A stretch of DNA of 45,321 nucleotides from the NCBI GenBank assembly GCA_964389845.1, contig CAYMFX010000002.1, forward strand, positions 1 through 45,321, read 5' to 3'. Positions 21,597 to 31,094 of this stretch are shown piece by piece. The notes below the pieces were generated by a model that saw nothing but the letters and a program-made list of their open reading frames with translations, did no database searches and was not told where the DNA came from. The translations under genes were made by a program, and so were the position numbers. Position 1 is the first letter of the stretch; every line of letters starts with the position of its first letter. The DNA is from an uncultured Ruminiclostridium sp. Its GTDB lineage: Bacteria; Bacillota; Clostridia; Oscillospirales; Ruminococcaceae.

Positions 21597-22262
21597 ATGA
21601 GAAGGAAAGAACTGGCAAAGAAGGTTATTGAACAGCTGAAAAAGGAATATCCCGAGGTGAAATGCGCCTTGATTTATAAAAAGCCTCACCAGCTGCTGAT
21701 AGCTACAAGGCTGTCCGCACAATGCACCGACGTTCGGGTTAATATGGTCACGCCGGAGCTTTTTGAACGCTACCCCGAAATAAAGGATTTTGCAGAGGCA
21801 AAGGAGGAAGAGGTAGCGCAGTACATACGCTCCTGCGGATTGTTCCAGACTAAATCCAAGGATATTGTTAAAATGTGCAAACAGCTTCATGAGGAGTATA
21901 ATGATAAAATTCCCGACACCGTCGAGGAGCTTACCAAGCTTGCGGGAGTGGGCAGAAAAACCGCTAACCTTGTGGTGGGAGAGCTGTACGGAAAAACTGC
22001 CTTTGTATGCGACACTCACGTTATAAGACTCAGCAATAGGATTGGTTTGGCGGAGGGCAAGGACGCTGTAAAAGTGGAAAACGATTTGCGGAAGATCGTG
22101 CCTGCCGCTGAGGGCTTGGGGCTGTGTCACCGTTTGGTGTGGCACGGCAGACTTGTCTGCAACGCAAGAAAACCAAATTGTGAAAAATGCTGTCTTAGCA
22201 CATTATGCAAAGGCTCACAGCACACTGCCCCCAAATCCGAGGATAAAGACAGCATAAAATAA
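21597..22262 (+). CDS. nth: Endonuclease III
   Basis: LSAQCTD, HhH motif LAGVGRKTAN, CDTHV and Cys-rich 4Fe-4S motif CNARKPNCEKCCLSTLC. Promoter TTGACA-N16-TATAAT at 21530-21557. Confidence 0.95.
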   Translation: MRRKELAKKVIEQLKKEYPEVKCALIYKKPHQLLIATRLSAQCTDVRVNMVTPELFERYPEIKDFAEAKEEEVAQYIRSCGLFQTKSKDIVKMCKQLHEEYNDKIPDTVEELTKLAGVGRKTANLVVGELYGKTAFVCDTHVIRLSNRIGLAEGKDAVKVENDLRKIVPAAEGLGLCHRLVWHGRLVCNARKPNCEKCCLSTLCKGSQHTAPKSEDKDSIK

Positions 22263-22357
22263 TCTTATCTCTTGAAAAAAATCTGCTCCTGTGGTATACT
22301 CTTATAATAAATAAATGCTAAAATAAATGCTTTGGAACAAATCGAAAGGACGTTAAA

Positions 22358-23191
22358 ATGGCAAATAAGGACGATAAGAGAAGCAGAGCGTATAACGATG
22401 ATAAAAGAGAGCTGCTGAAGCTTAAACAGGGACTTATAAACGAAGAAGAAAGCAGCATAAAGGAAGAAGAAAACGGATATGGCGATAAAGTAAATTATGA
22501 AGTAGTGGGAGTTAAGAATAAAGTCGCCAATTTCTTTTATCACTACAAATGGCACGTGATAATAATTACTTTTTTTGTTGCATTAGCCGCCTTTCTTGTT
22601 ATAACCACCGTCCTTAAGGAAAAAGGGGATATTCGTGTTCTCGGATTTTCCAAGGATCCCGATATTTCCTCCTCGCTGTATTATAAATCCAGGGATTTGG
22701 AGCTTGCTCTCGAACAGTTTACGCCTGACTTTGATAATAACGGATATACTCATGTTGAATTTTTTTATATGAACCTTAACGAAGAACAGGACATTAACTA
22801 TTACTATGTTAATCAATCAAAGCTCTTTTCCGAGGTAGGCACAGGAGTAGCTCAGATTTATATAGCCGACAGGGAGCTGCTCCTTGATATAATGGGGAAT
22901 CAGACGGAAGCGGAATCCTTTGTGGATTTGTCCCGGCTTTATCCCGAAGACCCCAATGTGGTCGATAAGTATTACTATAGAGTTAAGGGAAGCAGTCTTG
23001 CCGATGCGGCAATGTATGTGGAAAGCTGTCCCGAGGATATGTTTATTGCAGTAAGAAGCGAAAGCTTCAGCAGCTACAATCAGACAGACGAAGCCGAGAC
23101 GGCTGAAAACCACTCGAGGGCTATTGAGGTCATGGACAATATTGTAAAGGGAATAAAGGTTTCGGAAAAGGAATCCTCCGAAACCGACTAA
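22358..23191 (+). CDS. Membrane-anchored hypothetical protein
   Basis: NFFYHYKWH followed by one TM helix and an extracytoplasmic domain. Promoter TTGAAA-N17-TATACT with TG at 22272-22300. Confidence 0.7.
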   Translation: MANKDDKRSRAYNDDKRELLKLKQGLINEEESSIKEEENGYGDKVNYEVVGVKNKVANFFYHYKWHVIIITFFVALAAFLVITTVLKEKGDIRVLGFSKDPDISSSLYYKSRDLELALEQFTPDFDNNGYTHVEFFYMNLNEEQDINYYYVNQSKLFSEVGTGVAQIYIADRELLLDIMGNQTEAESFVDLSRLYPEDPNVVDKYYYRVKGSSLADAAMYVESCPEDMFIAVRSESFSSYNQTDEAETAENHSRAIEVMDNIVKGIKVSEKESSETD

Positions 23192-23217
23192 GCTTTTTGG
23201 TGCAGACAAGGGAAACA

Positions 23218-23414
23218 CTAAAAGCCGCCATTATTGCTCCCCCAACTAACTCTTGAATTTTTCTGCTTGCCCGGCTGCCGAAATACTTCGTCAGAAATCC
23301 TTGAAATATGCGCATATTCCTGCGGCTTTCTTCCTCGTCTTTCGACAGCCGTTCGGCGCATAAAATCTTCAAGAGCTAATTGGGGGAGCAATAGCGTTTA
23401 TGACGGCTTTGTAG
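23218..23414 (-). repeat. ~195 bp ERIC/RPE-like nested palindromic element
   Basis: Nested arms AAAGCCG/CGGCTTT, TATTGCTCCCCCAA/TTGGGGGAGCAATA, CTCTTGAA/TTCAAGAG and CGGCTG/CAGCCG. Minus-strand core CGAGGAAGAAAGCCGCAGGAATATGCGCATATTTCAAGGATTTCTGACGAAG. Confidence 0.75.
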
Positions 23415-23417
23415 AAA

Positions 23418-23615
23418 TTATTTTTTGTTGTCGTCGGTTTCCTTCTTGCATATCTCTGCGTCAATGTCGCTTTTGTTTATCACGCAGCCGTTTTCGGTCA
23501 CCTTGTTGTCGGTGACGATATAGGTCAGATATTGAGGCTCCTGTGTTTTGTTGGGATAAACGGTGCTGTCGTTGCCTTTGTTTATCATTTGCTCCTTGTT
23601 CTTTTTTATCTTCAT
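23418..23615 (-). CDS. Small hypothetical protein
   Basis: 65 aa ORF directly downstream of, and co-oriented with, 23617-24051. Alternative start at 23588. Confidence 0.5.
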   Translation of the reverse strand: MKIKKNKEQMINKGNDSTVYPNKTQEPQYLTYIVTDNKVTENGCVINKSDIDAEICKKETDDNKK

Positions 23616-23616
23616 A

Positions 23617-24051
23617 TTACAGAAAGCCTCTCAATCCGTGGGCATAGCGTTCCTCGGCGGATAAAAGCTGCTTTGCTTCCGAGATGATTTCTTCGTCGGC
23701 TTCATGAGCATGGTTTACCGTCTCGGAAATGTCTACTATTCCCATATTGGTACCGTCGTACATCAGCTTTGCGATATTGCTGCAGGAGTCGTCCATTGCC
23801 GTTTTCATTGCAATGCCCATATCCGCCATAATTTGTGAACCCTTTGGAGGTTCGGCGGGCTCTCCGCCAAAATCCCTTATTTGTTTGGCAACCTTTTCAC
23901 AGCTTCCCTGATAATGCAGCTGCTGCTTTTGAATATATTCCTTAAGCTTGCTGTTTTTGCATTTATCGCTTACGCTGTCGATGCAGTCGGAAGCCATTTT
24001 GCTGTTTTTGTAGATACTGTTCAGTATTTCTAAATTATCGTTTTTTGACAT
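23617..24051 (-). CDS. Ferritin-like helical protein (possibly spore-associated)
   Basis: RBS AAGGGAG. Helical pattern LNSIYKNSKMA...IAKLMYDGTNMG...LLSAEE, typical of small clostridial four-helix-bundle proteins. Confidence 0.6.
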   Translation of the reverse strand: MSKNDNLEILNSIYKNSKMASDCIDSVSDKCKNSKLKEYIQKQQLHYQGSCEKVAKQIRDFGGEPAEPPKGSQIMADMGIAMKTAMDDSCSNIAKLMYDGTNMGIVDISETVNHAHEADEEIISEAKQLLSAEERYAHGLRGFL

Positions 24052-24121
24052 TTTGTTTACTCCCTTAGAATTTGTTCTTATTTTTTTGTCGATTATATTT
24101 TTTACAGGAGAGGTCAGGTTT

Positions 24122-24757
24122 ATGCAGAGAAAACCTTTTTGGAAGCTTTTAGCTGTGGGCGTCGGTTATATGGTTTTGGGGAATGTTATGTCCACAATTA
24201 TGACCGCTGCGGCGTCGGTTCTCGCCAATGTTCCGTTTGTGATGATAATTTTGTTTATTTTCACGCTGTTTATTTTTTATTCGCTGTGTTTTACCGCCGC
24301 ATTCAAGGACGGACAGCGGGAAAGGCTGTTAGTTAAAAATCACCGTGTTGAAGGAGTTATCAAGGGCAGGTGGCTTATTATCGGACTCATAATGCTTGTT
24401 CTGATGTGGATTCCTTCCGTCCTTTTGTTTATAGATTCAATTGCGGGGCTTTTTGACGGATACCTTATCCCCTACAGAATGATTTGCGGTATGATATACC
24501 CGCTGGCTTTAGCAATGGGGGTTAATTATCCCGACGCTTCGGCGATGGAATACTGCGATTACAGAGGCATTATTCACCCCGAAGCAGTATGGTTCACCGA
24601 CAGGCTTCAAACTCCCGAAATTGCGGGAATGCCTCACTTTTTCGCATTTATATTTATGGCTTGCTACATCTTAATACCTGTGGCAACCGTTATTGGCTTT
24701 AAAATGGGATTTGAGGACAAGCTTAATCCCGATAAGGTCTTTTACGAGAAAAGATAA
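24122..24757 (+). CDS. Integral membrane hypothetical protein
   Basis: Four to five hydrophobic segments. ATG 24122 follows AGGAGAGG. Confidence 0.7.
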   Translation: MQRKPFWKLLAVGVGYMVLGNVMSTIMTAAASVLANVPFVMIILFIFTLFIFYSLCFTAAFKDGQRERLLVKNHRVEGVIKGRWLIIGLIMLVLMWIPSVLLFIDSIAGLFDGYLIPYRMICGMIYPLALAMGVNYPDASAMEYCDYRGIIHPEAVWFTDRLQTPEIAGMPHFFAFIFMACYILIPVATVIGFKMGFEDKLNPDKVFYEKR

Positions 24758-24851
24758 AGCATCAATTTTTCCGCATATTTTGACAGCTTGTTTCATAGTT
24801 ATGCTGTAGGGACAAAGCTTCCCGATTTTCGTTAAAGAAAGGACGCTGACT

Positions 24852-25628
24852 ATGAAAGCAAAAACTAAAATTCCTCATACACTTATTTTCTTGGGCTGTT
24901 TTATTTTGGCGGCAGTGGCTGTATCTATCCGCAACAGCTCTGTTCCCGCCGCTTCCTCTGCGGTTTCGGAGGGAAAGCGCACTATTGTTATTGACAGCGG
25001 GCACGGAGGGGCGGACGGCGGCTGTGTGGGCATAAACGGCTGCGTCGAAAAGGATATTAATCTTGCAATAGCTAAGGATCTGTCTGCATTGCTGAAGCTG
25101 TCGGGATTCAATGTGGTGATGACCAGAACGGAGGATATATCCCTGCACAGCGAAGGCGTTGAGGGACTGAGAAATCAGAAGGTCAGCGATATGGAAAACA
25201 GGCTGAAAATTATTCAGTCGCACCCCGATTCCCTTTTTGTATCCATTCATCAGAATCAGTATACCGAACCCGAGTATTTCGGCGCTCAGATGTTTTACAC
25301 CACCAACAATTCGGGCAACGCCAAATTGGCGCAGATAATGCAGGAGTGCTTTGCGGAGCTTCAGCCGGGAAACGACCGAGAGATAAAGCTTATCGACAAC
25401 GATCTTTACCTTTTTAAGAATACTAAGCAGCCCGCCGTTTTAGCGGAATGCGGGTTCCTATCCAACTCAAATGATGCGGCAAATCTTTCCGACAGCGATT
25501 ATCAAAAGAAGGTCGCCTTTACGATTTTCAAAGGAATTACAAAATATTACGGCATTGCTGATACTACCCTATCAGATGTCACGGGAGAAGAAAATGGCGA
25601 AACAAAGGACATATTATATATGCAGTGA
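24852..25628 (+). CDS. N-acetylmuramoyl-L-alanine amidase (Amidase_3, CwlD-like)
   Basis: IDSGHGGADGG, EKDINL, SIHQN, GAQMFY, LAECGFLSN and DYQKKVA. N-terminal anchor. Confidence 0.88.
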   Translation: MKAKTKIPHTLIFLGCFILAAVAVSIRNSSVPAASSAVSEGKRTIVIDSGHGGADGGCVGINGCVEKDINLAIAKDLSALLKLSGFNVVMTRTEDISLHSEGVEGLRNQKVSDMENRLKIIQSHPDSLFVSIHQNQYTEPEYFGAQMFYTTNNSGNAKLAQIMQECFAELQPGNDREIKLIDNDLYLFKNTKQPAVLAECGFLSNSNDAANLSDSDYQKKVAFTIFKGITKYYGIADTTLSDVTGEENGETKDILYMQ

Positions 25629-26982
25629 GTGCGGGCAGGAGCACCCTAAGTGGCTTGGAAAATGTACCAACTGCGGCGCTTGGAACAGCTTGGAGGAGGC
25701 GGTAACCGACGTCTCCTCCAAAAGCTCTGTCACCTCTCACACGGTTAAATATTCAAAGCTTAAGGATATAAGCTATGACGAGGACGTGCGCTACGATACG
25801 GGTTCAAAGGAGCTTAACCGAGTGCTTGGAGGAGGGCTTGTAAAAGGCTCCCTTGTTTTGCTCAGCGGCGATCCGGGAATAGGCAAGTCCACTCTATTGC
25901 TCCAAATATGCGATTATTTAGGAAAGGAACACGAGGTTTTATATGTTTCGGGAGAGGAGAGCAGACGGCAGATAAAGCTTCGTGCCGAAAGGCTTCGTGT
26001 AGAGACGGACAGCCTGAGCCTTATAGCAGATACCGACTGCGGAGCTGTAATTGCCGCAATTATCGAGCATAAGCCCGACATTGTTATCGTTGATTCCATT
26101 CAGACGGTGCAGCTTGATAATATTTCATCGGCGGCGGGCAGCTTGGTACAGGTGAGAGAATGCACCAACGCTTTTATGCGGCTTGCAAAAAAAGAGGAGA
26201 TTCCTATTTTCATTGTGGGTCACGTCAATAAGGACGGGGGAATAGCGGGACCTAAGGTGTTGGAGCATATTGTGGACACGGTACTGTACTTCGAGGGGGA
26301 CAAACAGCTTTCCTATCGCATTTTAAGGGCGGAAAAGAACCGTTTCGGCTCCACCAATGAAATCGGCGTTTTTGAGATGACGGAAATAGGACTTGAAGAA
26401 GTTCCCAATCCTTCCGCAATGCTGCTGTCGGGCAGACCTGTCAATGTAAGCGGTATCAGCATTCTTTGCACAATGGAGGGCTCGCGCCCGATTTTAGCGG
26501 AGGTGCAGGCGTTAGTGTCAAAAACCGCCTTCTCCGCTCCCAGAAGGGTTGCCGCCGGGTTTGACTATAACAGGCTGTGCCTTATTTTGGCGGTGTTGGA
26601 AAAACGGACAGGCTATATTTTCGGAATGTTTGATATTTACATCAACATTATAGGAGGACTCAGAGTGGACGAGCCCGCCGCCGACCTTGCAGTGGCAATG
26701 GCTCTGTATTCGGGATTATGCGACCGTCCCTTGCCCGAGGATCTGTTTGTGCTCGGCGAGATTGGATTGGGAGGAGAGATAAGAAATTGCTCCCATGTGG
26801 TAGACAGGATAAGGGAGGGAGAAAGACTTGGCTTTAAAGCCTGCATAGTTCCAAAAGCGGCGCTTTCGGCAATTGATAAAAGCAAAAAGTATAAAATAAA
26901 TATTATGGGCGTTTCTAATTTGCAGCAGGCGTTTAAGGCGTTGGACGTTTATGAGGCTAAAAGAAAGGCTTCCGAGGAATAG
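25594..26982 (+). CDS. radA: DNA repair protein RadA/Sms
   Basis: C4 zinc finger CSECG...CTNC, GDPGIGKST, KNRFG and Lon-like C-terminus. ATG 25594. Confidence 0.96.
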   Translation: MAKQRTYYICSECGQEHPKWLGKCTNCGAWNSLEEAVTDVSSKSSVTSHTVKYSKLKDISYDEDVRYDTGSKELNRVLGGGLVKGSLVLLSGDPGIGKSTLLLQICDYLGKEHEVLYVSGEESRRQIKLRAERLRVETDSLSLIADTDCGAVIAAIIEHKPDIVIVDSIQTVQLDNISSAAGSLVQVRECTNAFMRLAKKEEIPIFIVGHVNKDGGIAGPKVLEHIVDTVLYFEGDKQLSYRILRAEKNRFGSTNEIGVFEMTEIGLEEVPNPSAMLLSGRPVNVSGISILCTMEGSRPILAEVQALVSKTAFSAPRRVAAGFDYNRLCLILAVLEKRTGYIFGMFDIYINIIGGLRVDEPAADLAVAMALYSGLCDRPLPEDLFVLGEIGLGGEIRNCSHVVDRIREGERLGFKACIVPKAALSAIDKSKKYKINIMGVSNLQQAFKALDVYEAKRKASEE

Positions 26983-27061
26983 GTGAATGCGGTTGAAGGT
27001 GTGAATATTTATTCTTGGTAAACTTCTCCTTATGTCTTGTATTTGCAGGGAATAAATGTTA

Positions 27062-27121
27062 TAATAATCTCAAAAGTAATAATCTCAAAAGTAATAATCT
27101 CAAAAGTAATAATCTCAAAGG
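27062..27121 (+). repeat. 15 bp tandem repeat x4
   Basis: TAATAATCTCAAAAG x3 plus TAATAATCTCAAAGG, ending 36 bp upstream of the response regulator start. Confidence 0.92.
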
Positions 27122-27157
27122 AAGTAAACGGTACATTTTAATTTTGGAGAGAAGGTT

Positions 27158-28033
27158 ATGAAAAACAAAATTCTTGTAAGCGGCAACAATACTACGTTTA
27201 TAGTAGATTTTATCAGGCACACGGAAACATTTTTCGATTCTATCAGCACCACTACATATTGGAAAGACATTATGGGACACTTTAAGTATTTTTGCCCCGA
27301 CGCGTTTGTGATCTTTGTGGATCCCGGAATGAAGGAAATTTTACCCCGGCTGCGCAAGCTGAAGGACGATGAAGTTTATAACGGCGCCGGGATTTTCCTT
27401 ATTTGCGATTCCGATATTTTTGAAAATCCGGAAACTGTTCTTACGCTTAAATTAGTGGCAAATATGATAATTCGCCGCCCCATTTCCGTTGATAATCTTA
27501 TCCTCACAATAACCAATTACTTTGACAAGCTGAAGGAAGAAAAAGAAAAAACAAAAACCGTGGAAGGATTAAGAAATCTTGCTTCTGCAATCGATTCGGC
27601 GGAAACTGCTAAAGAAACGGAAAATAAGGAAGAAAAAGAGAAATCCACCGCCCAACCGGTTAAGGAAACGAGAAGAAAGAAAATCCTTGTTGTGGACGAC
27701 GACCGCTTAATTTTGAAAATGCTCAAGACCGCCCTCAGCGATAAATATGACGTTATAACTATGGTCAACGGCGTTGTTGCGGAAAGATACCTTGAAAAAG
27801 AATATGTGGATTTAGTTGTTTTAGATTACGAAATGCCTATTGAGACAGGTGCGGACGTATTCAGAAAAATCAAAAATAACCCTAAAATATCACGTACCCC
27901 GATTTGCTTTTTGACGGGAGTTTCCGAAAGGAACAAAATAATGGAGTTAATGTCCTTGAAGCCCCACGGATATTTGCTTAAACCTATTGATATGGATGTT
28001 CTTTTGTCTACTATCAGCAATCTTATCGATTGA
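27158..28033 (+). CDS. Response regulator: degenerate N-terminal REC + intact C-terminal REC, no output domain
   Basis: C-terminal ILVVDDD, VLDYEMP, FLTG and YLLKP. The N-terminal part is REC-like but lacks the acidic pocket. Charged linker between them. Confidence 0.82.
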   Translation: MKNKILVSGNNTTFIVDFIRHTETFFDSISTTTYWKDIMGHFKYFCPDAFVIFVDPGMKEILPRLRKLKDDEVYNGAGIFLICDSDIFENPETVLTLKLVANMIIRRPISVDNLILTITNYFDKLKEEKEKTKTVEGLRNLASAIDSAETAKETENKEEKEKSTAQPVKETRRKKILVVDDDRLILKMLKTALSDKYDVITMVNGVVAERYLEKEYVDLVVLDYEMPIETGADVFRKIKNNPKISRTPICFLTGVSERNKIMELMSLKPHGYLLKPIDMDVLLSTISNLID

Positions 28034-28101
28034 ATAAACGTTGTTTGGAAAATTTAAGCGCTAATACAATCTTTTCACAAAATTATGAAAGGACAATCCG
28101 T

Positions 28102-31056
28102 ATGATTGTAAAAAATCGGGACAGCGGCGGGACAATGGATAACGAAAACAATTTATACATAACCGATTTAATTGACGCAGATACGCTTCAAAAAATACAA
28201 AACGCTTTTTCGGATTTTACGGGTATGGCCGCCCTTACATCGGACAGCAAAGGCGTTCCCGTCACCAAAGGCTCCAACTTTACTGATTTTTGCTTTAAAT
28301 ATACAAGAACTACCGAGCTTGGACGAAGAAGATGTGAAAACTGCGATAAAAACGGCGCTAAAATGACGCTTGAAAGCGGCGGTTCTTGTTATTACCGCTG
28401 TCATGCGGGGCTTATGGATTTTGCGGCGCCGATTATGGCTAACGGAGAAATGATTGGCAGCTTTATAGGAGGACAGGTTCTCACCGAGCCGCCCGATATA
28501 GAAAAAATAAGAGAAGTTGCCGTCGAGCTTGGCATTGACCCCGATAAATATGAGGAAGCGGTAAAAAAGGTTCCTATTGTAAGCGTAGAACGTCTCAATA
28601 GGGCGGCTCATTCTCTTTACGTTTTTTCAACGGCGCTGTCAAATATTGCATATAAGGGCTATACATTTTATTTGAACAATATCGAAATCGAAAAAGCCTC
28701 CAATATGAAATCGGATTTTCTCGCCAATATGAGTCACGAGATACGCACTCCCATGAATGCGGTATTGGGTCTTGCCGACCTTGCGCTGCGTGAGGAAATG
28801 TCTCTTGCCGCAAGAGAATATATACATCAGATAAAGGCGTCGAGCAAAAATCTGCTGGTTATTATCAACGATATTCTTGATTTTTCAAAGATTGAATCGG
28901 GTAAAATGGAAATATTAGAGGTTCAGTATGAACCTCTTTCGCTGATAAACGACCTTACAAGCATTGTGAACAGCCGTATCGGAGATAAGCCTATAGAATT
29001 TACTATGGACATTGCCGCCGACCTGCCGCAAAGCCTGTACGGCGACAATGTGAGAATACATCAGATAATCCTCAATTTGCTGACCAATGCGGTAAAATTC
29101 ACCCGACAGGGAGAGGTGCATCTGAAAATCGGTTTTACGCTTCAGGATAAAGATACCGTGTTTATGAGGGCTGATGTAAGCGATACCGGCATAGGCATAA
29201 AGAAGGAGGATATGGGCAAGCTCTTCAGCTCCTTCCAGCAGGTGAACAGCAAACGGAACAGAAATATCGAGGGCACAGGCTTAGGACTTGCGATTTCAAA
29301 ACAGCTTATTGAGCTGATGAACGGTACAATATCCGTTGAGAGCGAATATGAAAAGGGAACAACATTTTCTTTTGAAATCCCTCAGAAAATCATTAACCCG
29401 GCGCCCATTGTTCCGAAATTGAAGGAGTCCTTCAAGGCGGCTGTGCTTATCGGCAACAGCTATGTTAAAGCGCAACTTATACGGGATCTTAACTGGATAG
29501 GAGCGGAGTACACCGACCTTGAGCATACGGAATCCTTGGACGATTTGCAGGCGGATTATCTCATCATAGAAAAAGTGTTTTTCACTCAGTCGGTACAGGA
29601 TATTCTCCATAATAACCCGAATATGCAGTGCCTTGTACTTGTAAATTTCGACAGCTTGGATGCTGTTAAAATCCCAAACGTAAGAGTTATCAGCAAGCCC
29701 GTGTTCTCACTCAGCCTTTATAATGCAATGGGCATAAAAAAAATAAGCTTTGACGACGGATTTTCTGAAAACGAGGGCTTCACATTTATTGCTCCCGATG
29801 CTCATATTCTGATAGTCGATGATAACGCCGTCAACCTTACGGTTGCAGTAGGCTTGCTTAAGCCGTTAAGAATGCAGATGGACACTTCCACCAGCGCTGC
29901 CGACGCTATTGAAAAAATTCATCATGTAAAATACGATCTTATCTTTATGGATCATATGATGCCCGAGGTTGACGGAATCGAGGCTACTCATATTATCAGA
30001 AGGCTTGTGCCGAGCTACAACGATGTGCCTATTATAGCGCTGACGGCGAACGCAATCGGCGGCGCAAGGGATATGTTCATAAAAGAAGGCATGAACGACT
30101 TTGTCGCAAAGCCTATCGATGTTAAGGACATAGTGTCAAAGCTCAGGAAATGGCTGCCCGGCGAAAAAATACTTCCCGCAGACGCACAGGAGCCCGAAAT
30201 CGAAAAGGATACTTTCGATATTAGCGCAAGCATAGAGGAGCTTTACAAAAAGGGGCTTAACACAAGGGACGCTATATCCCTGCTCGGAAGCGAACAGCTC
30301 TACTGGTCCGTTCTTAAGGAATATTACGGCGCTATCGACAAAAAGTATAAGGATATATCAGAACACAAAAGGGAAGAGCGCTGGCGGGATTACACTATTG
30401 AGGTTCACGCATTGAAAAGCACCTCCCGTCAGATAGGCGCAGCACATATTTCAGAGCTTGCCACCGAAATGGAAAAGGCGGGCAATGAAAAAAATATTGC
30501 GCTTATCAATGAAAAAACAGACCTGATGCTCAAAGAATATATGCTTCTAAAGGAGATGCTTAAGCCGTATTTCACCGGCGGTTCCGAGCATAATGAACGC
30601 ATTGCACAGCTTGAAGACATAATGGTTATGTTAGATAAAATGCAGTGTGCGCTGAAGGAATTTGATGTGCTTCAGGTAGACGAGGTCATCGAGGAAATGT
30701 CGGCGTTCAAATACTCGGACGAAAACGCAGGCTTCTTTGAACAGCTGAACAATGCGGCGCAGAAGGGCGAGATAGAGGAATGTCAGACCATTGTGGAGAA
30801 GTGGGGCGAAAACCTCGTAAACTCAGGTTCTAACGGAGATAAGATTCTTCATGCCTTAGACGCTCTTCAGGTTGCTTTAGATGATTATGATACCCTTGAA
30901 TTAGACGCAGTTATTGAAAAGATGTCGCAAAACAATTACAGCGGCATTAACGAGTTCTTCTTTAAACAGCTGCAAACAGCCGCAGAGAGCGGAGATATTG
31001 ACCTTTGTACGGAAATTTCCAATAATTGGAGCAAAGCGGTGGCGGAAATTTATTAA
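28102..31056 (+). CDS. Cytoplasmic hybrid histidine kinase (PocR sensor-HisKA-HATPase-pseudoREC-REC-Hpt)
   Basis: PocR (NFTDFC, CHAGLMDFAAPI, GGQV), FLANMSHEIRTPMN, NLLTNAVKFT, DTGIG, GTGLGL, FMDHMMP and Hpt VHALKS. Start at 28102 (RBS GAAAGGA) or 28135. Confidence 0.92.
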   Translation: MIVKNRDSGGTMDNENNLYITDLIDADTLQKIQNAFSDFTGMAALTSDSKGVPVTKGSNFTDFCFKYTRTTELGRRRCENCDKNGAKMTLESGGSCYYRCHAGLMDFAAPIMANGEMIGSFIGGQVLTEPPDIEKIREVAVELGIDPDKYEEAVKKVPIVSVERLNRAAHSLYVFSTALSNIAYKGYTFYLNNIEIEKASNMKSDFLANMSHEIRTPMNAVLGLADLALREEMSLAAREYIHQIKASSKNLLVIINDILDFSKIESGKMEILEVQYEPLSLINDLTSIVNSRIGDKPIEFTMDIAADLPQSLYGDNVRIHQIILNLLTNAVKFTRQGEVHLKIGFTLQDKDTVFMRADVSDTGIGIKKEDMGKLFSSFQQVNSKRNRNIEGTGLGLAISKQLIELMNGTISVESEYEKGTTFSFEIPQKIINPAPIVPKLKESFKAAVLIGNSYVKAQLIRDLNWIGAEYTDLEHTESLDDLQADYLIIEKVFFTQSVQDILHNNPNMQCLVLVNFDSLDAVKIPNVRVISKPVFSLSLYNAMGIKKISFDDGFSENEGFTFIAPDAHILIVDDNAVNLTVAVGLLKPLRMQMDTSTSAADAIEKIHHVKYDLIFMDHMMPEVDGIEATHIIRRLVPSYNDVPIIALTANAIGGARDMFIKEGMNDFVAKPIDVKDIVSKLRKWLPGEKILPADAQEPEIEKDTFDISASIEELYKKGLNTRDAISLLGSEQLYWSVLKEYYGAIDKKYKDISEHKREERWRDYTIEVHALKSTSRQIGAAHISELATEMEKAGNEKNIALINEKTDLMLKEYMLLKEMLKPYFTGGSEHNERIAQLEDIMVMLDKMQCALKEFDVLQVDEVIEEMSAFKYSDENAGFFEQLNNAAQKGEIEECQTIVEKWGENLVNSGSNGDKILHALDALQVALDDYDTLELDAVIEKMSQNNYSGINEFFFKQLQTAAESGDIDLCTEISNNWSKAVAEIY

Positions 31057-31094
31057 CAATAGGATCTGTAAAAAAGCACATTACCGTGCGAGGT

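Noticed and set aside
21522-22145. 207 aa minus-strand ORF
   Set aside because: Antisense shadow of nth.
23130-23515. ORFs 23130-23372 and 23234-23515 (and likewise 38223-38438)
   Set aside because: Translations of the palindromic repeat element, not credible genes.
27062-27121. Possible CRISPR array, and the LRLLL-repeat ORF 27059-27280
   Set aside because: Repeats are contiguous with no spacers and no cas genes. The ORF is just the translated repeat.
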